From positions 181-64,180 of the forward strand of contig JBJKQU010000030.1 of assembly GCA_046705025.1 (NCBI GenBank): DNA of 64,000 nt, read 5' to 3'. This document shows, in pieces, positions 55,030 to 63,963 of the stretch. The notes under the pieces were generated by a model, which saw only the letters and a program-made list of their open reading frames with translations, had not been told where the DNA came from and ran no database searches. This DNA comes from Candidatus Kryptoniota bacterium. GTDB lineage: Bacteria > Bacteroidota > Ignavibacteria > Kryptoniales > JAKASW01. Position 1 is the stretch's first letter. Each line of letters opens with the position of its first letter. The translations under genes were made by a program, and so were the position numbers.

Positions 55030-55696
55030 TTGAGATTCCCGTTTTAGTTAATTCCCTGGCGCCCGCATACCTGCGTTTGTAGTAAGTGCTCTCCAATGAT
55101 GATATCGTCACCCCCTCCGTCACGCTCGCGTGTGCAAAGAGGTCGTCGCCGAGATAGATGCCGACATGGCTAATCCGGCGCCCGACAGTCCTGAAGAAAA
55201 TCAGGTCCCCAACTTTGAGGTCATCCTTCGGTACTTTGCTTCCGAGCCTCGATTGTTCACGCGCTGAGTGAGGCAGTTCCATTTTGAATACCGAGTCGAA
55301 CACCACCATGGAGAAACCGGAGCAGTCCATCCCCGCGTGGCTCTCGCCGCCGATCCTGTACGGGGTCCCCATATAAGCAAGGATAACATTGAGAAGCCTG
55401 TCGCGTATCGACTGTGCAGAGTTAGCCACAGGCTGCCGTTCCATCCTGTCGATCTCCGACTTCATTTTGTTTATGCTTACCCGATGATCGTCCTCGGTCC
55501 TTGCCTCACTCCTCTCTATGTTCAGCTCTTCGGGAGTCTGATCATATGTAAATCGTGCCGAACTCGTTTTGCTTCCGTTGTTTCCGGAAGAGAATCGCGG
55601 CGAAGATCCGGCACATCCGAAAATCACAATTGATAGGATTGCAACGCATGCTGCCGGAAGGACGTTGACGAGGACGTTCGGGTTTCTTCTCTTCAT
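55016..55696 (-). CDS. NlpC/P60 (C40) peptidoglycan endopeptidase lipoprotein
   Basis: Lipobox VIFGCAG. Catalytic Cys context GMDCSGFSMVVF, and His context RISHVGIYLGDDLFAHAS. Confidence 0.85.
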   Translation of the reverse strand: MKRRNPNVLVNVLPAACVAILSIVIFGCAGSSPRFSSGNNGSKTSSARFTYDQTPEELNIERSEARTEDDHRVSINKMKSEIDRMERQPVANSAQSIRDRLLNVILAYMGTPYRIGGESHAGMDCSGFSMVVFDSVFKMELPHSAREQSRLGSKVPKDDLKVGDLIFFRTVGRRISHVGIYLGDDLFAHASVTEGVTISSLESTYYKRRYAGARELTKTGISNGLQ

Positions 55697-55857
55697 TTGA
55701 AGGTTTGTTCTGACAATATAAAAAGGCTCCGGTGCGAGAACAAGAATCGGGGAGGTTGCGGCCTATGAACGCGGACAGGTAAAAGCCGGGATGCGAAAAA
55801 GACCCGTGTGGCGTGACAGCGGCAACTGTTGCTCCGGTCACATCCACGCGCCGGCGA

Positions 55858-56184
55858 CTATTCCCCGTACACCTTCACCATGAACTTCGCGTAAATCCCG
55901 AGTACACTGTATGTGTGGAAGTCTAAGTGCTGGATTTTCGTGATACCGACGTTCTTCATCGCCGCCTCGATGCCGGCATCACCCACGGCGATCAGGCCGA
56001 AATATGATTCAGAGGAGGCTATGCCCACTTTGGAAGCTCCCTCGTTGTTCGTGGCGGTGAATCCGAACTGCATATCAGAATAGACGTAGCCCGTCACAGG
56101 CGCTACCGCACGGGCCGCACAGCCCCGCAAAACAAAGGCGGCGGACCTGACGATAAGCACCTCCGGGAACGCCAGATGTTTCAT
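55858..56184 (-). CDS. TRL-like small lipoprotein
   Basis: Lipobox LRGCA. The segment ..KVGIASSESYFGLIAVGDAGIEAAMKNVGITKIQHLDFHTYSVLGIYAKFMVKVYGE matches my recollection of the TRL family. Confidence 0.55.
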   Translation of the reverse strand: MKHLAFPEVLIVRSAAFVLRGCAARAVAPVTGYVYSDMQFGFTATNNEGASKVGIASSESYFGLIAVGDAGIEAAMKNVGITKIQHLDFHTYSVLGIYAKFMVKVYGE

Positions 56185-56224
56185 TTACAGCCTCCCTTCG
56201 CTGCTTTTGTTTTTCTGCCGACCG

Positions 56225-57373
56225 TTACCTGAAGTCGGTCGACAGTTCATACCGCAATATTCTGTTATGCCCTGTGTCGCTGATATAAACAATCTTGTTG
56301 AAATAGGTCACTCCGGAAGGGTCGGAAAGTGCTCCGCCCGTTTTCGACGGACCGAACGACTCGTGCAGCAACTTTCCTGTAAGGTCGAATTTCATGAGGC
56401 TGTCGAGGCCGCCGTCGACGACGTAAATGTTGCTCCTATCGTCTACCATAACGGCCTTTGGAGATTTGAAAATGTTCGATAACAAGTCGGGCAGCTTGCC
56501 GCCTGCATATTTAGCGGGATCAAGGCTGAGCCGCGAGCTCCAGCTCGGTGCAACGAGCTCGCTGCCGGGGCTGAAGGAAAACCATTTCACCTTGAACGCA
56601 TTGGCAGGATCCACTTGAGTCACGACGAAATCCGTTCCGTACTGCCTCATCCCGAATGTCGCTATGCCGCTGAGCTGGTTAATGGCGGCAAACCCGGTCC
56701 CGGTCGGCACGAGGCTCGGCACAAGGTCTATATAATCGCTCGAATATTGCTGGTCGTCCTTGGTGAAGTGAAGGACCATGTTATCCGGGTCCACCGGGCT
56801 GGCGTTGCTGTTTCCATGGCGGGTGACGTAGTAGCTGTTGTCGGGAAGAACCGCGACCCCTGTGTATTCCCTCCCCGATATGAGATTGCCGTTCCCGTCC
56901 CGGATGATCTGTCTCTGCACGGTCTCATGGTGAACGATCTCGACCGGGGCTGCAGATATGTTGTGCTGATAGTCGAACAGCCGTATCTTCGCGATGGCTG
57001 CAAGCGTAACGGTCTGTGAGCCGACGGTCGTGTCATACTCACACGCGATTATCAGATTGAATCTCCTGTCTTCAGTTATCGCCACAGGATCCTTCACATA
57101 TTGAGAGTGGCCCACCTTCGTGCCCGACAACTCGACCATCTCGACTCGATTGCTGTCGGGCTCCGTCACGTATAATATGTAGTCATAACCGACTCTGATT
57201 CCCTTCGGCTTATAGAAACCGCTCCAGATCGGTTGAAGTTGAACGTAACTGGTATCGCCGATTACCTGACCCTGCGAAGCTTGCGGGAGCGTCGAGGGGT
57301 CTACGATTTTCGATTTTTCGTTGCAGCCCCAAAGAAGAAGCAGCGCAACGAATATAAGTAGCCCGTTTTTCAT
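56225..57373 (-). CDS. NHL-repeat beta-propeller lipoprotein
   Basis: Lipobox LLLWGCN. NHL-like blades are present (..NIYVVDGGLDSLMKFD.., ..KIVYISDTGHNRILRYE..). Confidence 0.65.
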   Translation of the reverse strand: MKNGLLIFVALLLLWGCNEKSKIVDPSTLPQASQGQVIGDTSYVQLQPIWSGFYKPKGIRVGYDYILYVTEPDSNRVEMVELSGTKVGHSQYVKDPVAITEDRRFNLIIACEYDTTVGSQTVTLAAIAKIRLFDYQHNISAAPVEIVHHETVQRQIIRDGNGNLISGREYTGVAVLPDNSYYVTRHGNSNASPVDPDNMVLHFTKDDQQYSSDYIDLVPSLVPTGTGFAAINQLSGIATFGMRQYGTDFVVTQVDPANAFKVKWFSFSPGSELVAPSWSSRLSLDPAKYAGGKLPDLLSNIFKSPKAVMVDDRSNIYVVDGGLDSLMKFDLTGKLLHESFGPSKTGGALSDPSGVTYFNKIVYISDTGHNRILRYELSTDFR

Positions 57374-57374
57374 C

Positions 57375-58355
57375 TCAGAAACTCAACTCCACTGAAAACC
57401 TGTGAACATCGCCCAGTCGCTGATAAGGGGTAAAAGCATAGTCAAACGCAATTATCGCGAACTTCGTATTTGCCCTGACGCCGGCGCCGAGCGAATAACT
57501 CTGCTCCACCACGTTGACCTTGTAGCCGCCTCTCAGGAAGAACACGGAGGCGTAAGAATATTCGGCCCCCAGCGCCACATTCTCGGAATTATCGGCGGGG
57601 TGGTTAAGCTGCACGGATGTCGTCACCCTGTTCTGCTTGTCCTGATAGGGCTCGAACGCAAAGCCGATCCGGAAGATTGTGGGAGGAGAGAACCCCTGGA
57701 AGCTGGAGACGGTGGTACCGTCCACCAGCTGCACGGATCCTGACGGTGCCATCTGTCCGCCAAAATTGCTGACGGAAACCGCAAATCTCGTCGATCCGAT
57801 TCCGGTCCAGTAGTATGTTCCCAAATCCACAAGCACGCCCCGCATAGAGAGAGCGGCAAGCGTTTCGTCGACATACTTTACGCTGACGCCGAAGCTGAAT
57901 CTGTCGGTCATCTTCCGGGCGTAGGTGGCGGCCACGGCAAGATCGCCGTATTTGAAATATTCACCCGTGCCGTACGGCTGGAGCTCGGTGGTGACCGGCA
58001 TGTCCTCGGAACGGAGAGAGATTACAGAAATGCCGACGCTGTTCTGCTCGTCGAGATGGTAGACGCCGCCGATGAAGTCATGCTGAAGCCCGACAAACCA
58101 GGTCGAATGAGAGAAGGCGATATCATTCTTGTCGAACTCTGAAATTCCCGCCGGGTTGTAAAACAGCGCATAGGCATCGTTTGCCACTGCGGCGAAGCTT
58201 TCCGCCATAGCGTTTGCCCTGGCCCCCACACCGATCTTCAGAAACTCCGCAGTCGTTATCCCGACCCGCTGGGAGCCGAGCACGGGAAAGAGCTGTGCCT
58301 GTGAAGCGGAAGCAATCCCAAGAACGAGGAGCGCTGAAAGAATGTACTTATTCAT
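57375..58355 (-). CDS. PorV/PorQ-family outer-membrane beta-barrel
   Basis: Signal peptide ..ASASQAQ. GARANAMAESFAAVANDAYALFYNPAGI motif, a beta-strand pattern, and a terminal ..FSVELSF. Confidence 0.6.
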   Translation of the reverse strand: MNKYILSALLVLGIASASQAQLFPVLGSQRVGITTAEFLKIGVGARANAMAESFAAVANDAYALFYNPAGISEFDKNDIAFSHSTWFVGLQHDFIGGVYHLDEQNSVGISVISLRSEDMPVTTELQPYGTGEYFKYGDLAVAATYARKMTDRFSFGVSVKYVDETLAALSMRGVLVDLGTYYWTGIGSTRFAVSVSNFGGQMAPSGSVQLVDGTTVSSFQGFSPPTIFRIGFAFEPYQDKQNRVTTSVQLNHPADNSENVALGAEYSYASVFFLRGGYKVNVVEQSYSLGAGVRANTKFAIIAFDYAFTPYQRLGDVHRFSVELSF

Positions 58356-58410
58356 TCTCGATCCTCTGAAATCCTCCTTTGACCTTTTGCCTTTAGCCCT
58401 TGAACCGGGA

Positions 58411-61374
58411 TCATAGTTTGACCGATACCCCGATCTTTATATTCCGCGGTGTCAGGTATCTTGACTGGTCCAGCGGGAACGGACTTATCGGCGCGTTGAG
58501 CTCCGGGTACAAGGGGTTGTTCCAGCTGGGCGGTGTCATGTCGCCAAGTTCGTAGGCACGACCGGTTACGGGGTTTATGATGTCGGAGTTTTTGTTATTG
58601 AGAAGATTCTGGACATTGACCATCAACGTCATTTCGACTCCGCCGACCGTGAAGTACTTTTCGAAATTGAAATCCACCCAGAACCAGTTCGCACCTATCT
58701 TACCATACTGGTTGTTATTGTCAGGTGCATACAAGGGTTCACCGTTTGAAGCATAAGTTCCGGTGAAGTAATACGGCGTATATCTCTTTCCTGACTCGAA
58801 GAAGATTCTGAAGTAGGCCTCGAAATCGTCGAGTATGCCTTTGCCGAAACCGAAGATGCCGTTCTGCTTCGAATTATAAAAAGAGAAATTGCCGGAGAGC
58901 TGGAGAGGTCTGTCCCACGAAAGATAGCTCTCGTTCATCATCTCCTGGATGAGTCCCTGCACCGCGAGGACTCCCTCGTCCGCCGAACTCGATTTCCCCG
59001 TGAAGACAGAATATGAGCCGCTCACGGTTCCGCTGAACCAGTTACTTATTCTTTTTCTGTACTCGACTTCGATCCCTCTGTCGCGCGAATAATCCGAGTT
59101 GACATAGGTTATGAAGTTTTGTCCGATGAGCCCTGCCGAATATATCTGCGCCTGTTTTGTCTGGACGTAATCGAAGATGTCTTTGTAGTATGCAGTAACT
59201 GTGAGGACATCGTCGTTGGTAAACTGATTGCGGAGCCCGAGCTCGTAACTAACCGTCGTCTCGGGATTTAGGTTCGGGTTGCCGAAAGCCTGGTACGTGG
59301 ACATCGCGGTACTCGGAGCAAGTTTTGCATAAACGAACTGCGGCCTCGGCCATTTTGAAAAGTGTCCGTAGTTCAAGAACAATGTCTGGTTATCCGATAT
59401 AGGATGCGAAATTCCCAGACGCGGACTTATCCGTCCCTTCCATCGTCGGCCGAAAAAGTTGTAAGTATCCTGATAGTACTTATCGCGTATCGCTTGCGGG
59501 ATTGTGATGACCTGCGGATTATTTACTGCATCATCGACGTACTTACCGGGGAACCAGTAATCGAAGCGCAGACCGAAGTTCAGTATCATTCCGTTGGTGG
59601 TTATAGTTTCCTGCGAGTAAGCCGAACCTGTAGCCGGGAACACCTTGTAAATGTCGTTGTTGAGGCCCATAACACCGACCCACGGATCATAAATATCGAT
59701 CAGCTGCATCTCCTGGAAATTCATGTCGAAGCCGGCCTTGAACTTATTCTTCTCGGTAAAGAATGAAGTGATATCGAACTTCACCTCGTTATTGATGAAG
59801 TAGTGATCGTGCCAGGTGTCTGCATTTCCGAAATCGTAGAAGCCGTCACCCGGAATAATTCCGATCGTGTCGCTGGAGGTGTTGTAATAAGTCGGTGGAA
59901 GCGTGACGACGTCGATCGGCTGCTGATACTGTGTCCAGTAGAGTCCGTTTGCGTCGGCGCGGAGCTGCGTGAAGAAGTGGGCCAGCTTGAAATCGTAGTA
60001 TGTCTTCGTGCTCAGTGTCTGGGTGATGTCTATTTCCTGCATGATGCTGTTGTGCGTGTAGACATCCGCGCTGCCGAGAATATTCTGAAAATTATACTGG
60101 TATCCTGGGCTCGGCTCGACATACTCGAGATTCGTCTGCAACGATTGTGTGTTCTCGTTTATGCCTACACTCTGATTGTAAGAATAACTAATCTTGAGCG
60201 TCTGCATCGGTTTGTACGTGATTTTTCCGAGCCCGTACCATTCGTTGTCGAGCCGCGGCGCAAACCGCGTCCCGTAGAATATCGATGAGTTCAACCTGTT
60301 CGGAGGATTGATCTTGTACGAGACGACCTGCCCGTCCTGGTAGCGCTGGGCCCAGAGAGCTTGTCCGTCGCTGAACCCTGCCGCGAAGCTTCCGAACAGC
60401 GTGACTTCGCCGGGAATCTTTATCCCGATAGCGGGAAGGACATACTTCGTTATCGGCTCCGGTCCCCCGATGTTCGCCTGGTAGTCATCCGAGTTGAAGT
60501 TAGACGGGGAATTCTTGTTCAGTCCCCAGTGATCCGTTTTGTATTGTACAAACAGGTCATACCTGTCGCCGCCTTCCTTAGTTTTGACGTTGATGATTCC
60601 GCTTGTCGCCTGGCCGTACTCGGCATTGAACCCGCCGGTGATTATTTCCATCTGGCTCAGAGAATTCGCGCTCAGCTGCAGCCCGAACCCGGTCCCGGCG
60701 AGAGGATCCTGGATCGAGATGCCGTCCAGAAGGTACGCGTTCTCGTAAGAGCGGCCGCCCCGTATGTGGATCTCATTGTCCGATGCGACAACCCCGACCT
60801 GCTGTGAGACCACTTCCTTCACGTTTTCTACGGCAGAGATCCTTATGGCATCCGAAGAAATGGTCCTGGTGCTCTGGGTTTCAGCGACATCCATCATCGG
60901 CTTCTCGCCGATCACAACCACCTCCTGCCCCAGCGACAGCGCGGTCTCTTCCAGCTGCACATTGACAGTCGTTGCTTCTCCCTTTTCGACCTTTACGTTG
61001 GTGTGCTCGACCTCTTTGTATCCGATCAGACGGAACGAAAGCGTATATACCCCCGCGGAGACGTTCTTAATTTCATACTTCCCGTCCATGTCCGTCGTTG
61101 CGCCGTAATACGTGCCTTTGATCAGGACGTTCACTCCAACCAGGCCTTCCTTGGTCGCTGTGTCGATAACCTTACCCTGTATGCTGCCGCGCTCCTGCGC
61201 AAGTGCAGTCGAAAAGGAAAGCTCCAAAGAACAGGTTCCAAACAAAAACAAAGCACCAAATAAAAGAAAGGATAAGGATCGGCGAGTTCGCGGATGTACA
61301 TTCTTTGCCGCCGCCTGTTGCGCAGAAATTGTCCGAGGGACTCTCTCAGGATTTTGGTGTTTGTGGCCTTTCAT
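58411..61374 (-). CDS. TonB-dependent receptor with N-terminal carboxypeptidase-regulatory-like domain
   Basis: GSIQGKVIDTATKEGLVGVNVLIKGTYYGATTDMDGKYEIKNVSAGVYTLSFRLIGYK (CarboxypepD_reg). Plug motifs (IRGGRS.., LLDGISIQDP.., IITGGFNAEYGQATSGIINVKTK). A long barrel ends in ..KIGVSVKL. The start overlaps the upstream stop (TAATG). Confidence 0.8.
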   Translation of the reverse strand: MKGHKHQNPERVPRTISAQQAAAKNVHPRTRRSLSFLLFGALFLFGTCSLELSFSTALAQERGSIQGKVIDTATKEGLVGVNVLIKGTYYGATTDMDGKYEIKNVSAGVYTLSFRLIGYKEVEHTNVKVEKGEATTVNVQLEETALSLGQEVVVIGEKPMMDVAETQSTRTISSDAIRISAVENVKEVVSQQVGVVASDNEIHIRGGRSYENAYLLDGISIQDPLAGTGFGLQLSANSLSQMEIITGGFNAEYGQATSGIINVKTKEGGDRYDLFVQYKTDHWGLNKNSPSNFNSDDYQANIGGPEPITKYVLPAIGIKIPGEVTLFGSFAAGFSDGQALWAQRYQDGQVVSYKINPPNRLNSSIFYGTRFAPRLDNEWYGLGKITYKPMQTLKISYSYNQSVGINENTQSLQTNLEYVEPSPGYQYNFQNILGSADVYTHNSIMQEIDITQTLSTKTYYDFKLAHFFTQLRADANGLYWTQYQQPIDVVTLPPTYYNTSSDTIGIIPGDGFYDFGNADTWHDHYFINNEVKFDITSFFTEKNKFKAGFDMNFQEMQLIDIYDPWVGVMGLNNDIYKVFPATGSAYSQETITTNGMILNFGLRFDYWFPGKYVDDAVNNPQVITIPQAIRDKYYQDTYNFFGRRWKGRISPRLGISHPISDNQTLFLNYGHFSKWPRPQFVYAKLAPSTAMSTYQAFGNPNLNPETTVSYELGLRNQFTNDDVLTVTAYYKDIFDYVQTKQAQIYSAGLIGQNFITYVNSDYSRDRGIEVEYRKRISNWFSGTVSGSYSVFTGKSSSADEGVLAVQGLIQEMMNESYLSWDRPLQLSGNFSFYNSKQNGIFGFGKGILDDFEAYFRIFFESGKRYTPYYFTGTYASNGEPLYAPDNNNQYGKIGANWFWVDFNFEKYFTVGGVEMTLMVNVQNLLNNKNSDIINPVTGRAYELGDMTPPSWNNPLYPELNAPISPFPLDQSRYLTPRNIKIGVSVKL

Positions 61375-63089
61375 TAGAATGCTCCGAAATCCTTGAAAAC
61401 CTTATAGATCAATTGGGAGGCTCGCGTGTTCGCCGAGGGCGGTGTGTCGTTCCCGTTGAATCTGTAAAGAGGCACACCGAGCAAGAACATGGATTTGTCA
61501 CCGCTCAGGATGCCGAGGACAGGTGCAGGATTGTCGGGCCCATAGGAACCGTAAGGTTCAACGCGATAGATTACGGTTGCATCTAAACTCGGGAAGACCC
61601 CACGGAGGTTCCACACGGCCTTGCCGCCGTCTGCCGGATTTGAAGCAGGGCCGTCGCGAACAAGCTCAGGATATTGTGTGGAATCTGTCGGGACTACTGT
61701 TGCTCCCGAAAAGACAAATCCGGTCGATGTTATCGGGGGGCTTGCCGACGAAGAGCCCCGGAGAATGTCGGACATGACACTATCGACAGAGCCGGTGAAG
61801 TCGCGCAGCTGTTGCGTAAGCGATGCCCTGTCGGCAGTCGTGTCGAGGGCGTAATAACTGAAGAATATTTTTCCGCCCGCGCTCCTGTAACCGCCTATCG
61901 CCGCCTGAGCGATATCAAAATCTTTGTAGTCGGCGGAATACCAGAAGACATATTTGAAAAGCTTCAGGGTTTCCTGAAAAGACGGAACGATACAAGGCTG
62001 GACAAGGTCTCCCTTCTTCGGACTCGTGGGGACCATGCCACTCCTTATATCCCACACGTCGTACTTACCTTTCAAAGATCCGCCGTTGAGGTTGTCGAAT
62101 ATGTTTCGATAGAAGGACAGCGATCGATCCTGTGAGCCGTAATCGTTCACGATGAGAACATTTCCCCTGGGCTTCTTCACAAACCAGGTGTGCGTCGAAT
62201 CCGGCATGCGGACAGCCGGACTGTAAGCGTCTGCGACATCCTGTGCCTTTACATAAAAGACATTATCGCCGTTCAGCTTCATATTCGGTAGGGTGACCTT
62301 CAAGGGTGAATACGACATTGCCGGATATGTGTTCGCGTAGATGTCGCACGAGACAGTAGATGTATCCGTTTGCGCTTCGGAGATTCTCGCCTCGATAGTG
62401 ACGAAGCGCGCCTGCGCCGGCAGCTGCACCCAGCTTGATGGAGATACGGTGTCGTTAAGGGCGATGTAATAGTTGGTGATAGTATTGTCTCCGTCGACGT
62501 CCGAACCCTGCCAGCCGAAGGACGCAACGGTAAAAGTAGTATCGGGAATATCCGGCCGCGTCGAGAACTGACCGCTGTTCATGACGAAGATTACCTGCGG
62601 CGGAGTGTTAGCGATGGGAAATTTTATGGAAGCAGGATCAGGGTCGACGGCTCTGCCGAGAGTCGGAAAAGGCTCGCCTTTGTCCCACCTCCCGTTGCCG
62701 TTAGCGTCGGTAAATACTACTGTGTCTCCTTCATGGAGCACTCCGTCGAAGCTATTGTCGATTGCTGCAACGGTAAACGTATATGAAGTGTCTTTGCTGA
62801 AAAGGGGAAGAGAAAACGTGCTGTCGGTCTTGGCAGTACAAGTCCATGTCTTCCTGTCGAAAGTGATGATGTAATCCACTACGAGGCCGTCGCCGTCATT
62901 GGCCCACCAGTGGACCTCGAGCCGGCTGGACTGCGGGTTGAAGTTCCCCGACTCTGTCGAATCCCTGAACGGAAAAGCCGCCACAAAGGTCTTCGGTGGG
63001 AGGTTGCCGGATACCACGGAAGAGAAATGCTTCGTGCAGCCGGAGAGGGTAAGAAGGAGAAGAAGCAGAAGCATGGAGTAACGCAGCAT
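61374..63089 (-). CDS. large lipoprotein of unknown function (Ig-like N-terminal repeats plus C-terminal alpha/beta region)
   Basis: The likely start ATG 63089 gives MLRYSMLLLLLLLTLSGC (the track ORF runs to 63182 and would overlap the transposase gene). Repeated W..(N/S)D(G/V)DG....Y(I/Y)I motifs: WWANDGDGLVVDYIITF and FGWQGSDVDGDNTITNYYIAL. Confidence 0.6.
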   Translation of the reverse strand: MLRYSMLLLLLLLTLSGCTKHFSSVVSGNLPPKTFVAAFPFRDSTESGNFNPQSSRLEVHWWANDGDGLVVDYIITFDRKTWTCTAKTDSTFSLPLFSKDTSYTFTVAAIDNSFDGVLHEGDTVVFTDANGNGRWDKGEPFPTLGRAVDPDPASIKFPIANTPPQVIFVMNSGQFSTRPDIPDTTFTVASFGWQGSDVDGDNTITNYYIALNDTVSPSSWVQLPAQARFVTIEARISEAQTDTSTVSCDIYANTYPAMSYSPLKVTLPNMKLNGDNVFYVKAQDVADAYSPAVRMPDSTHTWFVKKPRGNVLIVNDYGSQDRSLSFYRNIFDNLNGGSLKGKYDVWDIRSGMVPTSPKKGDLVQPCIVPSFQETLKLFKYVFWYSADYKDFDIAQAAIGGYRSAGGKIFFSYYALDTTADRASLTQQLRDFTGSVDSVMSDILRGSSSASPPITSTGFVFSGATVVPTDSTQYPELVRDGPASNPADGGKAVWNLRGVFPSLDATVIYRVEPYGSYGPDNPAPVLGILSGDKSMFLLGVPLYRFNGNDTPPSANTRASQLIYKVFKDFGAF

Positions 63090-63169
63090 TGAGATCTCTG
63101 ACCACCGGGTTATCCCGGCTACGAGGGAGTTATACCCCCGAGTTTCAGCCCTCCCTGCTCTTTGTTTCC

Positions 63170-63709
63170 TCACTGCAAACACTCCACCTTAATAATCGAA
63201 TGATCGTCCAAGATATGATTTCTCGCGCTTGAGTACTTCCAATATTCCGGTCGTTCCGCAAAGCCTTTTCGAACCGGATTCTGATGAATGCAGTTCAGCT
63301 TTTCTAAGAAGAATGTCTCAGTCATGATTGCAATCGGATGGAATCCGGTCTGCCACACTTTATGCAAATTACCGCGACCCTCTTTCGCTGCCGCGTTACG
63401 GAATGATTCAAGAATATCGTAACAACCCATCTCATCAAGCAGCGCAACGATCCGCTGCGAAGTATACCGACCAAAGTCCCGCATAATTCCCGACAAACGC
63501 TTCGGAGGTTGGGACGACACTATGTAGTGTGCGTGAGTAGGCATAATGACATACCCGTGTGCGTGCAAGCCTTTGTTCGACATGCAATAACTCAAGCTTT
63601 CTATAATACTGTCAGACATTCTGACTGACACGAAAACGTTTTCCCATTCAACAATAGTTGTCGTAATGAAATACAAACTAACGTCGTCTATAACCTTCCA
63701 TCGACTCAC
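63170..63709 (-). CDS. REP-associated tyrosine transposase-like (RAYT / IS200-like HUH Y1 transposase)
   Basis: HGYVIMPTHAHYIV (HUH motif), ..VWQTGFH.., and ..IHQNPVRKGFAERPEYWKYSS (catalytic Tyr region). 179 aa. Confidence 0.7.
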   Translation of the reverse strand: MSRWKVIDDVSLYFITTTIVEWENVFVSVRMSDSIIESLSYCMSNKGLHAHGYVIMPTHAHYIVSSQPPKRLSGIMRDFGRYTSQRIVALLDEMGCYDILESFRNAAAKEGRGNLHKVWQTGFHPIAIMTETFFLEKLNCIHQNPVRKGFAERPEYWKYSSARNHILDDHSIIKVECLQ

Positions 63710-63937
63710 ACGGCCTCCGTAATGCAGGGGGGCTTCGGAATTCAGGAGTTCAACTCCTTCACAGCTCAGGGCTCAGGTGGGTTTGTACCCAATGGGATGT
63801 TGCCTGAGGGACTTCAGGCCGTGAAATTTCCTGTTTCGAAGCACACACCACAAAGCCCTTTCTGCAGAAGTCTGATTTCTCTTGAATCCTCTTGCTTTTT
63901 CGATGATATCCCGGTAACGCATTATACCGCTCCCGTT

Positions 63938-63963
63938 CCCCCTCTCTAATATTAGAGAGGGGG
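63938..63963. repeat. perfect 26-nt palindrome (REP-like)
   Basis: ccccctctctaat/attagagaggggg, followed by ttagggggg. It lies 229 nt upstream of the RAYT-like gene. Confidence 0.6.

Noticed and set aside
63722-63949. 75-aa plus-strand ORF upstream of the RAYT-like gene
   Set aside because: It has no RBS or motifs, lies in the repeat/palindrome-containing intergenic region, and ends in the palindrome.
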